Source: Halogeometricum borinquense DSM 11551
GTDB lineage: Archaea > Halobacteriota > Halobacteria > Halobacteriales > Haloferacaceae
NCBI RefSeq assembly: GCF_000172995.2
Contig: NC_014729.1
Location: 180,001-212,000 of the forward strand
Direction: 5' to 3'
Length of the DNA stretch: 32,000 nt
This document shows, piece after piece, positions 7,531 to 13,786 of this stretch. Made by a program: the position numbers and the translations under genes. The notes under the pieces are model-generated. The model ran no database searches. It saw only the letters and a list, made by a program, of their open reading frames with translations, and was not told the origin of the DNA. Within the stretch, counting starts at the first letter, position 1. Each line of letters opens with the position of its first letter.

Positions 7531-8643
7531 TCAGCGGTCGTCGTCGTGACTATCCCACGTGTCGGGGACTTCGATGACGTACCGGCCGTCCTCACGGAGT
7601 GAGATAATGTACTCGGGGCGGTCGTACAGTTCCATCAGGTTGAGTTCGTACTCGCCGGGTGCGACGATTTTGATGCTCTCGAACTGGTCGTTCAGTTCCT
7701 CGCGGAGTTCGTCGAGATCCGGTCGGTCGTCGCTCTCCGGTTCGATAACGCGTCCGTCCGCGTCCGACGGTCGGTCGTCGGGCTGTGCGGCGGCTATCTC
7801 GTCGGGAGAGACCACGTCGGACCGTGCACTCGCCTGTGCGTCGTCCTCCACGTCGTCACCGAACACCGATGGGTCGGCGGCGGATGATTTCGCTTGCTTC
7901 GAGGACGGTGCAGGCTCATCCGACGGAGCAGGTGTCCCGGTCGGTGTCTTCGTCTCCTTTGAAGCAGTTGTCTCAGGAGACGCCGAAGACGAATCCGTCG
8001 GCACCGACGAATCGCTCTGAGCGTCGTCTGAGGACTGCCGGTCCGACGGACTGGACTGCCGTGCTGATGAGGAGGACCGCCGTTCCGAGGGACGCCGTTG
8101 TGCGTCGCCGGTGCGTCGGCGATTCTCCCTGAGTGTCGTCTCGTCGTTTGCGTCTTCGACTTCGCTCGCAAATCCGCGCGAGTTCGCCCATTCTCTGAGC
8201 GTCTTCTCGCTGCGACGAGCGGAGTCGATGTTGTCGTTGGTCTGGTCCGCTGATCGGTTCTGTGTCTTGTGACTGCGTGTGTCGGATCGTCCGCCATCGT
8301 CAGCACTCCCAGACGGCGTCTGGTTGGCTGAGCGTCGCTCTTCGACGTCCGCCGCACGCGATGCGGCGCGTTGCCACGTCGTCGAGCCTGCCGTATCGTC
8401 CGAGGCCGATTCCCGATTCGTATTCGGTTCCCGGTCGGTCGTCGCATCGGCGGCGCTTCCCGACGAAGGTGTCGTACCGGACGACGACGTCTGCTGACGG
8501 GTCGTCGTCTCTGCGGCGTCGTCACTGTCAGATCCCGAAGGGCTGAACTGGAACTTGTTCCCGCCGCAGTTGGGGCACCCCGACAGCATCTCTTTCGAGC
8601 CGTCGGCGAACACCTTCCCGCAGTTCGTACATTGATGGGGCAT
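7531..8643 (-). CDS. oapC: origin-associated Zn-ribbon protein OapC (DUF2072-type) with a long disordered middle
   Basis: N-terminal MPHQCTNCGKVF...CPNCGGNKF is a CxxC...CxxC ribbon. About 250 aa of S/T/D/A/R low complexity follow, then a conserved C-terminal block LNDQFESIKIVAPGEYELNLMELYDRPEYIISLREDGRYVIEV. It sits downstream of oapA-oapB next to the origin, as recalled for H. volcanii. Confidence 0.8.
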   Translation of the reverse strand: MPHQCTNCGKVFADGSKEMLSGCPNCGGNKFQFSPSGSDSDDAAETTTRQQTSSSGTTPSSGSAADATTDREPNTNRESASDDTAGSTTWQRAASRAADVEERRSANQTPSGSADDGGRSDTRSHKTQNRSADQTNDNIDSARRSEKTLREWANSRGFASEVEDANDETTLRENRRRTGDAQRRPSERRSSSSARQSSPSDRQSSDDAQSDSSVPTDSSSASPETTASKETKTPTGTPAPSDEPAPSSKQAKSSAADPSVFGDDVEDDAQASARSDVVSPDEIAAAQPDDRPSDADGRVIEPESDDRPDLDELREELNDQFESIKIVAPGEYELNLMELYDRPEYIISLREDGRYVIEVPDTWDSHDDDR

Positions 8644-8772
8644 GTGTGTTCGTTCTCGTCGTCTGTTGTTGTCGCGGCCGCCGAGCGTTCGAGTGTCCGT
8701 CGAAACGCGCCGTCGGCGTCGGTTAGTGGGTCGTTTTGTCGTCGTAAGGGCCGAGTCGTTGTCAGTCCGTTA

Positions 8773-9162
8773 CTACTTCCGAGAGACGAGTGCGCTGATG
8801 AGGTTCTCGTCTTTGTGGAGCGTCTGAATCTGGTTAGCCGGGCCGATGACGGTGAGCTTCTTCGTCTCCTCTTTACCCATCAGACGGCCAAGGAATCCCT
8901 GTCCGCCTTTCGATTGTGGGTACGACTCGATCTCGATACCGTTGAACTCGTCGGGGCTGATTTCCGTCATCGTCACCTCGATGAGCTTCGACTCTTCGTC
9001 CGGCGAGAGGCCTTCTTCGAGGATGACGATGTTACCGTCGCGGACGCCATCCAGGATGAGACGTATCTTCTCCATGCTCGCCAACCCGTCCATACGGGCA
9101 GCGCTGATGAGGTCGATCTGTACCCCGTTGTCGCCGGTTGTGACTTCAGGCACAGTACTCAC
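8773..9162 (-). CDS. oapB: origin-associated protein OapB (DUF2073-type)
   Basis: 129-aa acidic ORF. Its GTG start overlaps the oapA stop (GTGA, 9159-9162), suggesting translational coupling. It takes the middle position of the conserved GTPase/DUF2073/Zn-ribbon trio. Confidence 0.75.
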   Translation of the reverse strand: MSTVPEVTTGDNGVQIDLISAARMDGLASMEKIRLILDGVRDGNIVILEEGLSPDEESKLIEVTMTEISPDEFNGIEIESYPQSKGGQGFLGRLMGKEETKKLTVIGPANQIQTLHKDENLISALVSRK

Positions 9163-9800
9163 CCAAAGTACTCCGCTATCTTGTCGTACACTTCGTCCAT
9201 GTTGTTTCCTTCAAGCGCGGAAAGCGGGACCGTTTCGTGCTGCGGGAACGCGTTGGAGATGCGTTGGACGTTCGATTCCTCCAGGTCCGTCTTGTTCGCG
9301 AAGATGAGTACGGGCAAGTCTTGGCTCTCGATAATGCCGATGAGCATCGTGTTGACCTGCGTGAACGGGTCTTCGGTGCTGTCAAGCACGTAAACGACGC
9401 CGTCAACGTCTTCGCGTAACCAGTGCATGGCCTCGGCGACGCCTTCCGTGGCCTCACGGGACCGGCGGACGGCGTCGTCTTTCTCCATATCGTGGTCGAG
9501 GAACTCTTTGTAATCGACTTTCGTTGTCACACCGGGCGTGTCAACGATGTCGATGGTGACCTTCTTCCCGTTGCGCTCAATCTCCACGTTTTCCTTTCTA
9601 CGCGCGCGGCGCGTCTCGTGGGGAATGTGGCTCTCGGGGCCGACGGCGTCACCAGTCCAGTCACGGGCGATACGGTTTGCGAGAGTCGTCTTCCCGGCGT
9701 TCGGCGGTCCATAGATGCCGATACGTCTCGGCTCTGCGTCCGAGAACATGCGGTCGACGACCCGTGAAATGCTGTCTCTAAGTTCTGTGAGCAGTCCCAT
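9159..9800 (-). CDS. oapA: origin-associated small GTP-binding protein OapA
   Basis: G1 GPPNAGKT, G3 DTPG and G4 NKTD are all present. ATG 9800 (MGLLTELRD...) is preferred over GTG 9815. It is transcribed away from the origin gap. Confidence 0.85.
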   Translation of the reverse strand: MGLLTELRDSISRVVDRMFSDAEPRRIGIYGPPNAGKTTLANRIARDWTGDAVGPESHIPHETRRARRKENVEIERNGKKVTIDIVDTPGVTTKVDYKEFLDHDMEKDDAVRRSREATEGVAEAMHWLREDVDGVVYVLDSTEDPFTQVNTMLIGIIESQDLPVLIFANKTDLEESNVQRISNAFPQHETVPLSALEGNNMDEVYDKIAEYFG

Positions 9801-10147
9801 CCTGTCCTCCCGCACCTCCCGAGTTATCGTCGTGGAGGGGCGTATGGAGTACTCACATTTCTGAGGTCACTTAAGCACTACGTCAGACGCCGGTCACATT
9901 CACGTCTCCTTTATCAGACCGAATCCGAATTAACGTCAGCATACAGTCCGAACCGAAAACGCACGACAGAAAGAGCATACGAATATTTTCGAGATTAACA
10001 CGAGACAGTCGGCATTGACACGATATGGGGAGAATCCTGACAAAGACGTTGTTTCCACGTCTTATGGTGATCACCACGACATATGGTAACAAGAGGCTAG
10101 ATTAATAAGTATCATCGGTTCTGGCGCTTCTCTTCTGTCGAGAGTGT

Positions 10148-10166
10148 GTCTCCCTTTCAGTTGAGC
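10148..10166 (-). promoter_or_regulatory. weak ORB-like motif (reverse complement GCTCAACTGAAAGGGAGAC)
   Basis: Resembles the 10691-10710 copy (GCTCGAGTTGAAAGGAGGGG) but has a poorer G-run. Confidence 0.35.
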
Positions 10167-10174
10167 TTGTTCTT

Positions 10175-10190
10175 CAGTTCGAAGTGAAAC
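10175..10190 (+). promoter_or_regulatory. mini-ORB core CAGTTCGAAGTGAAAC (no G-string)
   Basis: Forms an inverted repeat with the core of the following minus-strand ORB (GTTCGA-N3-GAAAC / GTTTC-N3-TCGAAC). Confidence 0.5.
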
Positions 10191-10191
10191 G

Positions 10192-10221
10192 TCCCCATCC
10201 CCGGTGTTTCGGGTCGAACTG
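10192..10221 (-). promoter_or_regulatory. ORB with double G-string (reverse complement CAGTTCGACCCGAAACACCGGGGATGGGGA)
   Basis: The plus strand reads TCCCCATCCCCGGTGTTTCGGGTCGAACTG. Confidence 0.7.
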
Positions 10222-10301
10222 ATGTGAGAGTAGGGTCGTGAAAATAGCCGATTCGAACCGTCATCGTAACGACTACCAATGTATATCCGAATGGAACTGT
10301 C

Positions 10302-10322
10302 GTTCGAAGTGAAATTGGGGGT
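10302..10322 (+). promoter_or_regulatory. ORB GTTCGAAGTGAAATTGGGGGT
   Basis: Core plus a G5 run. Convergent with the ORB at 10338-10364. Confidence 0.65.
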
Positions 10323-10337
10323 AGTGTCGGCGGAACA

Positions 10338-10364
10338 CCCCCACCCCTTCGTTTCGGGTGGAAC
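10338..10364 (-). promoter_or_regulatory. ORB with double G-string (reverse complement GTTCCACCCGAAACGAAGGGGTGGGGG)
   Basis: The plus strand reads CCCCCACCCCTTCGTTTCGGGTGGAAC. This is the closest copy to the canonical GTTCCAC...GAAAC archaeal ORB. Confidence 0.75.
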
Positions 10365-10515
10365 TCGAAAAGACCACCCCCGGTGGCTCGTGGAGAACAC
10401 TAGTGGCGCATTAATACAAAGAGATAGTTGTTGCAAAATACTATTCTTCTCTACTACGGGTCCTGTTGAACGGTATCCATGATAAAACCCTCGCTTCGAA
10501 ATAGTCGGTTCGAGG

Positions 10516-10544
10516 CCCCCCCACCCCTGTTTTCACGTCTCGAC
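10516..10544 (-). promoter_or_regulatory. ORB with double G-string (reverse complement GTCGAGACGTGAAAACAGGGGTGGGGGGG)
   Basis: The plus strand reads CCCCCCCACCCCTGTTTTCACGTCTCGAC. It shares TCTCGAC with the next ORB. Confidence 0.7.
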
Positions 10545-10567
10545 CTGAAACGAAGGGGTGGGGGAGG
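10538..10567 (+). promoter_or_regulatory. ORB with double G-string TCTCGACCTGAAACGAAGGGGTGGGGGAGG
   Basis: Back-to-back with 10516-10544 and head-to-head with 10569-10596. Confidence 0.75.
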
Positions 10568-10568
10568 T

Positions 10569-10596
10569 CACCCACCCCACCGTTTCGAGTCCATAG
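10569..10596 (-). promoter_or_regulatory. ORB with double G-string (reverse complement CTATGGACTCGAAACGGTGGGGTGGGTG)
   Basis: The plus strand reads CACCCACCCCACCGTTTCGAGTCCATAG. Confidence 0.7.
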
Positions 10597-10655
10597 CCAA
10601 TCCCGACCACCAAAAAGCCCAATCTCAGCTAGTACAACCCATTATACTCAGTGAT

Positions 10656-10675
10656 CTAGACCCGAAACACTCCCC
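10656..10675 (+). promoter_or_regulatory. ORB-core variant CTAGACCCGAAACACTCCCC (C-run instead of G-run)
   Basis: Has the same GAAAC-NN-TCCCC arrangement as 10175-10197. Confidence 0.35.
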
Positions 10676-10690
10676 TTGAAATCCCCTCGA

Positions 10691-10710
10691 CCCCTCCTTT
10701 CAACTCGAGC
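10691..10710 (-). promoter_or_regulatory. ORB-like motif (reverse complement GCTCGAGTTGAAAGGAGGGG)
   Basis: The plus strand reads CCCCTCCTTTCAACTCGAGC. It is the last ORB before the AT-rich microsatellite. Confidence 0.55.
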
Positions 10711-10750
10711 AACCACTCCCCAATTATTTCTACACATTAGAATAAATCGA

Positions 10751-10813
10751 AATAATAACAATAACAATAACAATAACAATAACAATAACAATAACAATAA
10801 CAATAACAATAAT
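10751..10813. repeat. hexanucleotide microsatellite (AATAAC)9 with partial flanking units; probable duplex unwinding element
   Basis: Nine perfect AATAAC units span 10754-10807, bordered by AATAAT-like partial units. The wider 10735-10820 stretch is the most AT-rich DNA in the window. Confidence 0.8.
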
Positions 10814-11009
10814 TAATCCACAGTGTTGTCCTTACGTTGTCCGCTCGCTTGCCCTCGACGGAACACGATAGGAACTGATAGACAAGTTTTTTGTAGCACC
10901 TGTTCGTTTGGTTCGTCTGCATCATCTGGACGCTCCACTGTCGTGCCTCTCGTGGAATACCGCAGTCTCATGCGGTGTTTCGACGGTTAAGGGCCACTGA
11001 CGGAGTGTA

Positions 11010-11030
11010 TTCCAGTCGAAACAGGGGGGA
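11010..11030 (+). promoter_or_regulatory. ORB TTCCAGTCGAAACAGGGGGGA abutting the orc1 start codon
   Basis: Core plus a G6 run, ending 7 nt before ATG 11038. It is the only strong ORB on the orc1 side of the microsatellite. Confidence 0.7.
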
Positions 11031-11037
11031 TTCACAT

Positions 11038-12768
11038 ATGGATGACGACACACCGAAACGAGACGACGGCACACGGCAGATAAACCACTCCGACACCGAC
11101 GACGTGGCCTCCACGGAGGACGATTCATCGTCTGCGGCGTCTGGAGGAAACACAACATCTGGAGAACCAGTGTCTGGGGACGCGAAGTCCGAAGAGGCAC
11201 TCGATGGCGAGGGATCACCCACTGACGAGAACCCGGCCACTGACGATGACGAGCCGGTCACAGCTGAAGATATCGACATCCGCGAGAGTATCGGCCCGAG
11301 TGGGTCAACGGACGGCGAAACGGACGATGATTCTTCGACTGACGTGAGTCTTGACGAAGTTGTTCTCGACGACGGTGGCAGTGACAGCCGTGGGCTGTTC
11401 GACGACCTTCTCTCAGGTGAACCGATTTTCGAGAACAAGGAAGTTCTTCGTCCGTCGTACACGCCGCACGAACTCCCTCACCGAACCGAGCAGATAAACC
11501 AGATGGCGACGATTCTCGTCTCTGCTCTCCGCGGCGAAACGCCGTCGAACATTCTCATCTACGGGAAGACGGGAACCGGGAAGACGGCGAGTGCGAAGTT
11601 CGTCAGTCAGGAACTGGAGTCTACTTCGCAGAAGTACGATGTGCCTTGCGAAGTCGAATACATCAACTGCGAGGTAACAGACACCCAGTACCGCGTCCTC
11701 GCCCAACTCGCAAACAAGTTCATCGAGAAGAACTTCGACGTCATCGAGAACGAACTCGACCGCCTCGAAGACCTTCGCACGCGTGCGAGAGATACGCCTG
11801 ATCTCCTCGCAGACACCTCCTTCGACTCCCTCGACGGCGTCGAGGAGCGTATCGAGCAGTTGGAGACAGACTGCGAGGAGATGGAGACGGTACCGATGAC
11901 GGGATGGCCGACCGACCGCGTGTACTCGACGTTCTTCGACGCGGTGGACTACAACGAACGCGTCGTCGTTATCATGCTGGACGAAATCGACAAACTCGTC
12001 GAGAAATCCGGCGACGACACTCTGTATAACCTCTCGCGGATGAACTCCGAGTTGTCCAACTCGCGTATCTCTATCATGGGCATCTCGAACGACCTGAAAT
12101 TCACCGATTTCCTCGATCCACGGGTCAAATCCAGTCTTGGCGAGGAAGAAATCGTCTTCCCGCCGTACGACGCGAACCAACTCCGCGATATTCTCCAACA
12201 CCGTGCCGACGTGGCGTTCAAATCGGGCGCACTCACAGAGGACGTGATTCCGTTGTGTGCTGCGTTCGCCGCGCAGGAACACGGAGACGCCCGCCGCGCA
12301 CTCGACCTCCTGCGAACTGCGGGTGAACTTGCTGAACGCGGACAGGCCGACACCGTCGAGGAAGCCCACGTCCGGCAGGCGCAAGACAAAATCGAACTCG
12401 ACAGAGTCGTCGAAGTCGTTCGTACGCTCCCCACGCAGTCGAAAATCGTCCTGTTCGCCATTATCCTCCTCGAAAAGAACGGCGTCCGCAACATCAACAC
12501 CGGTGAGGTGTTCAATATCTACAAGCGCCTCTGTGAGGAGATTGACGCCGACATCCTTACGCAACGGCGCGTGACGGACCTCATCTCTGAACTCGACATG
12601 CTCGGAATCGTCAACGCTGTCGTCGTCTCGAAAGGTCGCTACGGCCGAACAAAGGAAATCTCGCTGTCAGTCCCTATCGATGAGACGGAAGCGGTCCTCC
12701 TCTCGGATTCACGCCTTGGCGATATCGAGAACGCACAGCCGTTCGTCCAAGCGCGGTTCGATAACTGA
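11038..12768 (+). CDS. orc1: Orc1/Cdc6 replication initiator (oriC1-linked)
   Basis: Walker A GKTGTGKT, Walker B VVIMLDEID, and an AAA+ lid plus C-terminal winged helix (RRVTDLISELDMLGIV). ATG 11038 (MDDDTPKRDDG) is preferred over the upstream in-frame start at 10975, which would read through the ORB. Confidence 0.92.
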   Translation: MDDDTPKRDDGTRQINHSDTDDVASTEDDSSSAASGGNTTSGEPVSGDAKSEEALDGEGSPTDENPATDDDEPVTAEDIDIRESIGPSGSTDGETDDDSSTDVSLDEVVLDDGGSDSRGLFDDLLSGEPIFENKEVLRPSYTPHELPHRTEQINQMATILVSALRGETPSNILIYGKTGTGKTASAKFVSQELESTSQKYDVPCEVEYINCEVTDTQYRVLAQLANKFIEKNFDVIENELDRLEDLRTRARDTPDLLADTSFDSLDGVEERIEQLETDCEEMETVPMTGWPTDRVYSTFFDAVDYNERVVVIMLDEIDKLVEKSGDDTLYNLSRMNSELSNSRISIMGISNDLKFTDFLDPRVKSSLGEEEIVFPPYDANQLRDILQHRADVAFKSGALTEDVIPLCAAFAAQEHGDARRALDLLRTAGELAERGQADTVEEAHVRQAQDKIELDRVVEVVRTLPTQSKIVLFAIILLEKNGVRNINTGEVFNIYKRLCEEIDADILTQRRVTDLISELDMLGIVNAVVVSKGRYGRTKEISLSVPIDETEAVLLSDSRLGDIENAQPFVQARFDN

Positions 12769-12885
12769 CTGCTGTTCGAGTTCGATAACTGACTGCTGTT
12801 CGAGTTCGATAACTGACTGCTGTTCGAGTTCGATAACTGACTGTTGTGTGAGTCCGATAACTGACTGCTGTGCGACTGTGACTGA
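12760..12885. repeat. 24-nt tandem array (5 units) that starts inside the last codons of orc1
   Basis: GATAACTGACTGCTGTTCGAGTTC starts at 12760, 12784 and 12808 (identical copies), then at 12832 and 12856 (diverged copies). Read in the orc1 frame, every unit ends in TGA (12766, 12790, 12814, 12838, 12862, 12883). Confidence 0.9.
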
Positions 12886-12900
12886 TTCTCGACGCGAACG

Positions 12901-13689
12901 TCACACGACGCTGACTGTCTGATTCGTGGACTCGAAACCGGGGGCAGTGTCTGTTTGCGCGTTAACCGAATCCACATGCGCACTCACTGGCATCGGGGCA
13001 AACATCCCCGCCAGTTCCAGTCGAACGTAGCCGAGATACGGGATGCGAACGTGCGCGACACCGTCTATCCATTCGGTTTTAACGGGTTCTGCGATACCAC
13101 TGGCTTGGTCGTAGCGACCGTTGGCGTCACCTTTCGTGATGAACCCCGCGTGCGGTGCGGGACAGTTGCGCAGTTCCGCACAGCTATCGGCGTTGATGTA
13201 GTTGGGATTCGCCTTATCGTACCAGTTCTCCTCAGCCTCGACATAGAAGCGCGCCCGATGGATGATGGGCGACCCGGCCCGACTGGGCGGGTCGTACACG
13301 ATGACGGATCCGGGACCGTTGAACGAACTGAACCCCTTCTCGCTTCCAATATCGACCGTCACGATTCCTGTATCCCCGTAAGCGTAGTCAGGCGTGAAGC
13401 GGTCGGGTGCGGTGATGAATATGAGGTCACCGCGGTACATGTGGGGTTCCATGCTGCCGCTCTCGACGGCGACCATCGGCGGCCAGACGCCGCTGATAGC
13501 GAATAGGAGGAGCCCGATTGCGACGACGGCAGAGACGCTCACTAACGTCTCGCGGACGAACAGAAGGATACCGTCTTCGGCGTTCAGAAATCGGTGGAGG
13601 AACGTATCTGACGACTTGACACTCACAGCATTGGGTTCTGGGCGAGGTGCGTCGTCTGTTGTGTCCCTCTCGCCCTGGTCGTCGTTCAT
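12901..13689 (-). CDS. sec11: signal peptidase I, archaeal Sec11 type
   Basis: 262 aa with an N-terminal TM anchor and the catalytic-serine motif VESGSMEPHMYRGDLIF. It sits between orc1 and polD1, as recalled for H. volcanii. Confidence 0.88.
   Translation of the reverse strand: MNDDQGERDTTDDAPRPEPNAVSVKSSDTFLHRFLNAEDGILLFVRETLVSVSAVVAIGLLLFAISGVWPPMVAVESGSMEPHMYRGDLIFITAPDRFTPDYAYGDTGIVTVDIGSEKGFSSFNGPGSVIVYDPPSRAGSPIIHRARFYVEAEENWYDKANPNYINADSCAELRNCPAPHAGFITKGDANGRYDQASGIAEPVKTEWIDGVAHVRIPYLGYVRLELAGMFAPMPVSAHVDSVNAQTDTAPGFESTNQTVSVV
12927..12946 (+). promoter_or_regulatory. ORB-like motif GTGGACTCGAAACCGGGGGC inside the 3' end of sec11
   Basis: Matches the core of the origin ORB at 10569-10596 (TGGACTCGAAAC-GGTGGGG). 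Confidence 0.4.
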
Positions 13690-13786
13690 CTGTTCTGTCT
13701 TCGCTGTCGTCCAGTTTCAACTTTCTGGGAGCAACCCCCGTCTCGGTTTTCAATATGCTTTTCTTCGACCTTGCCCTTCGACCGGT

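Larger units (their letters stand above)
9816..11037. other. chromosomal replication origin (oriC1 type): ORB clusters alternating with AT-rich patches
   Basis: 1.2 kb without a credible ORF between the divergent oapA and orc1 genes. GC visibly drops. At least 10 ORB/G-string motifs occur in both orientations. A 60-nt microsatellite with 83 percent A+T is present. Confidence 0.85.

Noticed and set aside
9883-10679. ORFs 9883-10092(-), 10071-10436(-), 10279-10482(+) and 10479-10679(+) inside the origin gap
   Set aside because: They have low GC3 and non-halophilic composition, and they are made largely of ORB and G-string sequence. They are most likely non-coding origin DNA.
10737-10925. 62-aa ORF with a CYCYCYCY... 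run
   Set aside because: It is simply the (AATAAC)n microsatellite read on the minus strand.
10975-11037. Upstream in-frame start codon at 10975 for orc1
   Set aside because: It would translate through the ORB at 11010-11030 and add a basic peptide (MFRRLRATDGVYSSRNRGDSH). ATG 11038 begins the acidic N-terminus.
11413-12564. 383-aa minus-strand ORF antisense to orc1
   Set aside because: It is a shadow frame, and orc1 carries Walker A/B and winged-helix motifs on the plus strand.
12760-12885. Tandem repeats (also 4396-4505 and 7386-7460) considered as CRISPR arrays
   Set aside because: The units are directly adjacent with no unique spacers, the arrays have only 3-5 units, and no cas genes or leader are present.
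13394-13786. N-terminal extension of the polD1 ORF (track start 13394)
   Set aside because: It overlaps sec11 on the opposite strand and encodes non-acidic sequence. The conserved DP1 N-terminus begins at GTG 13787.
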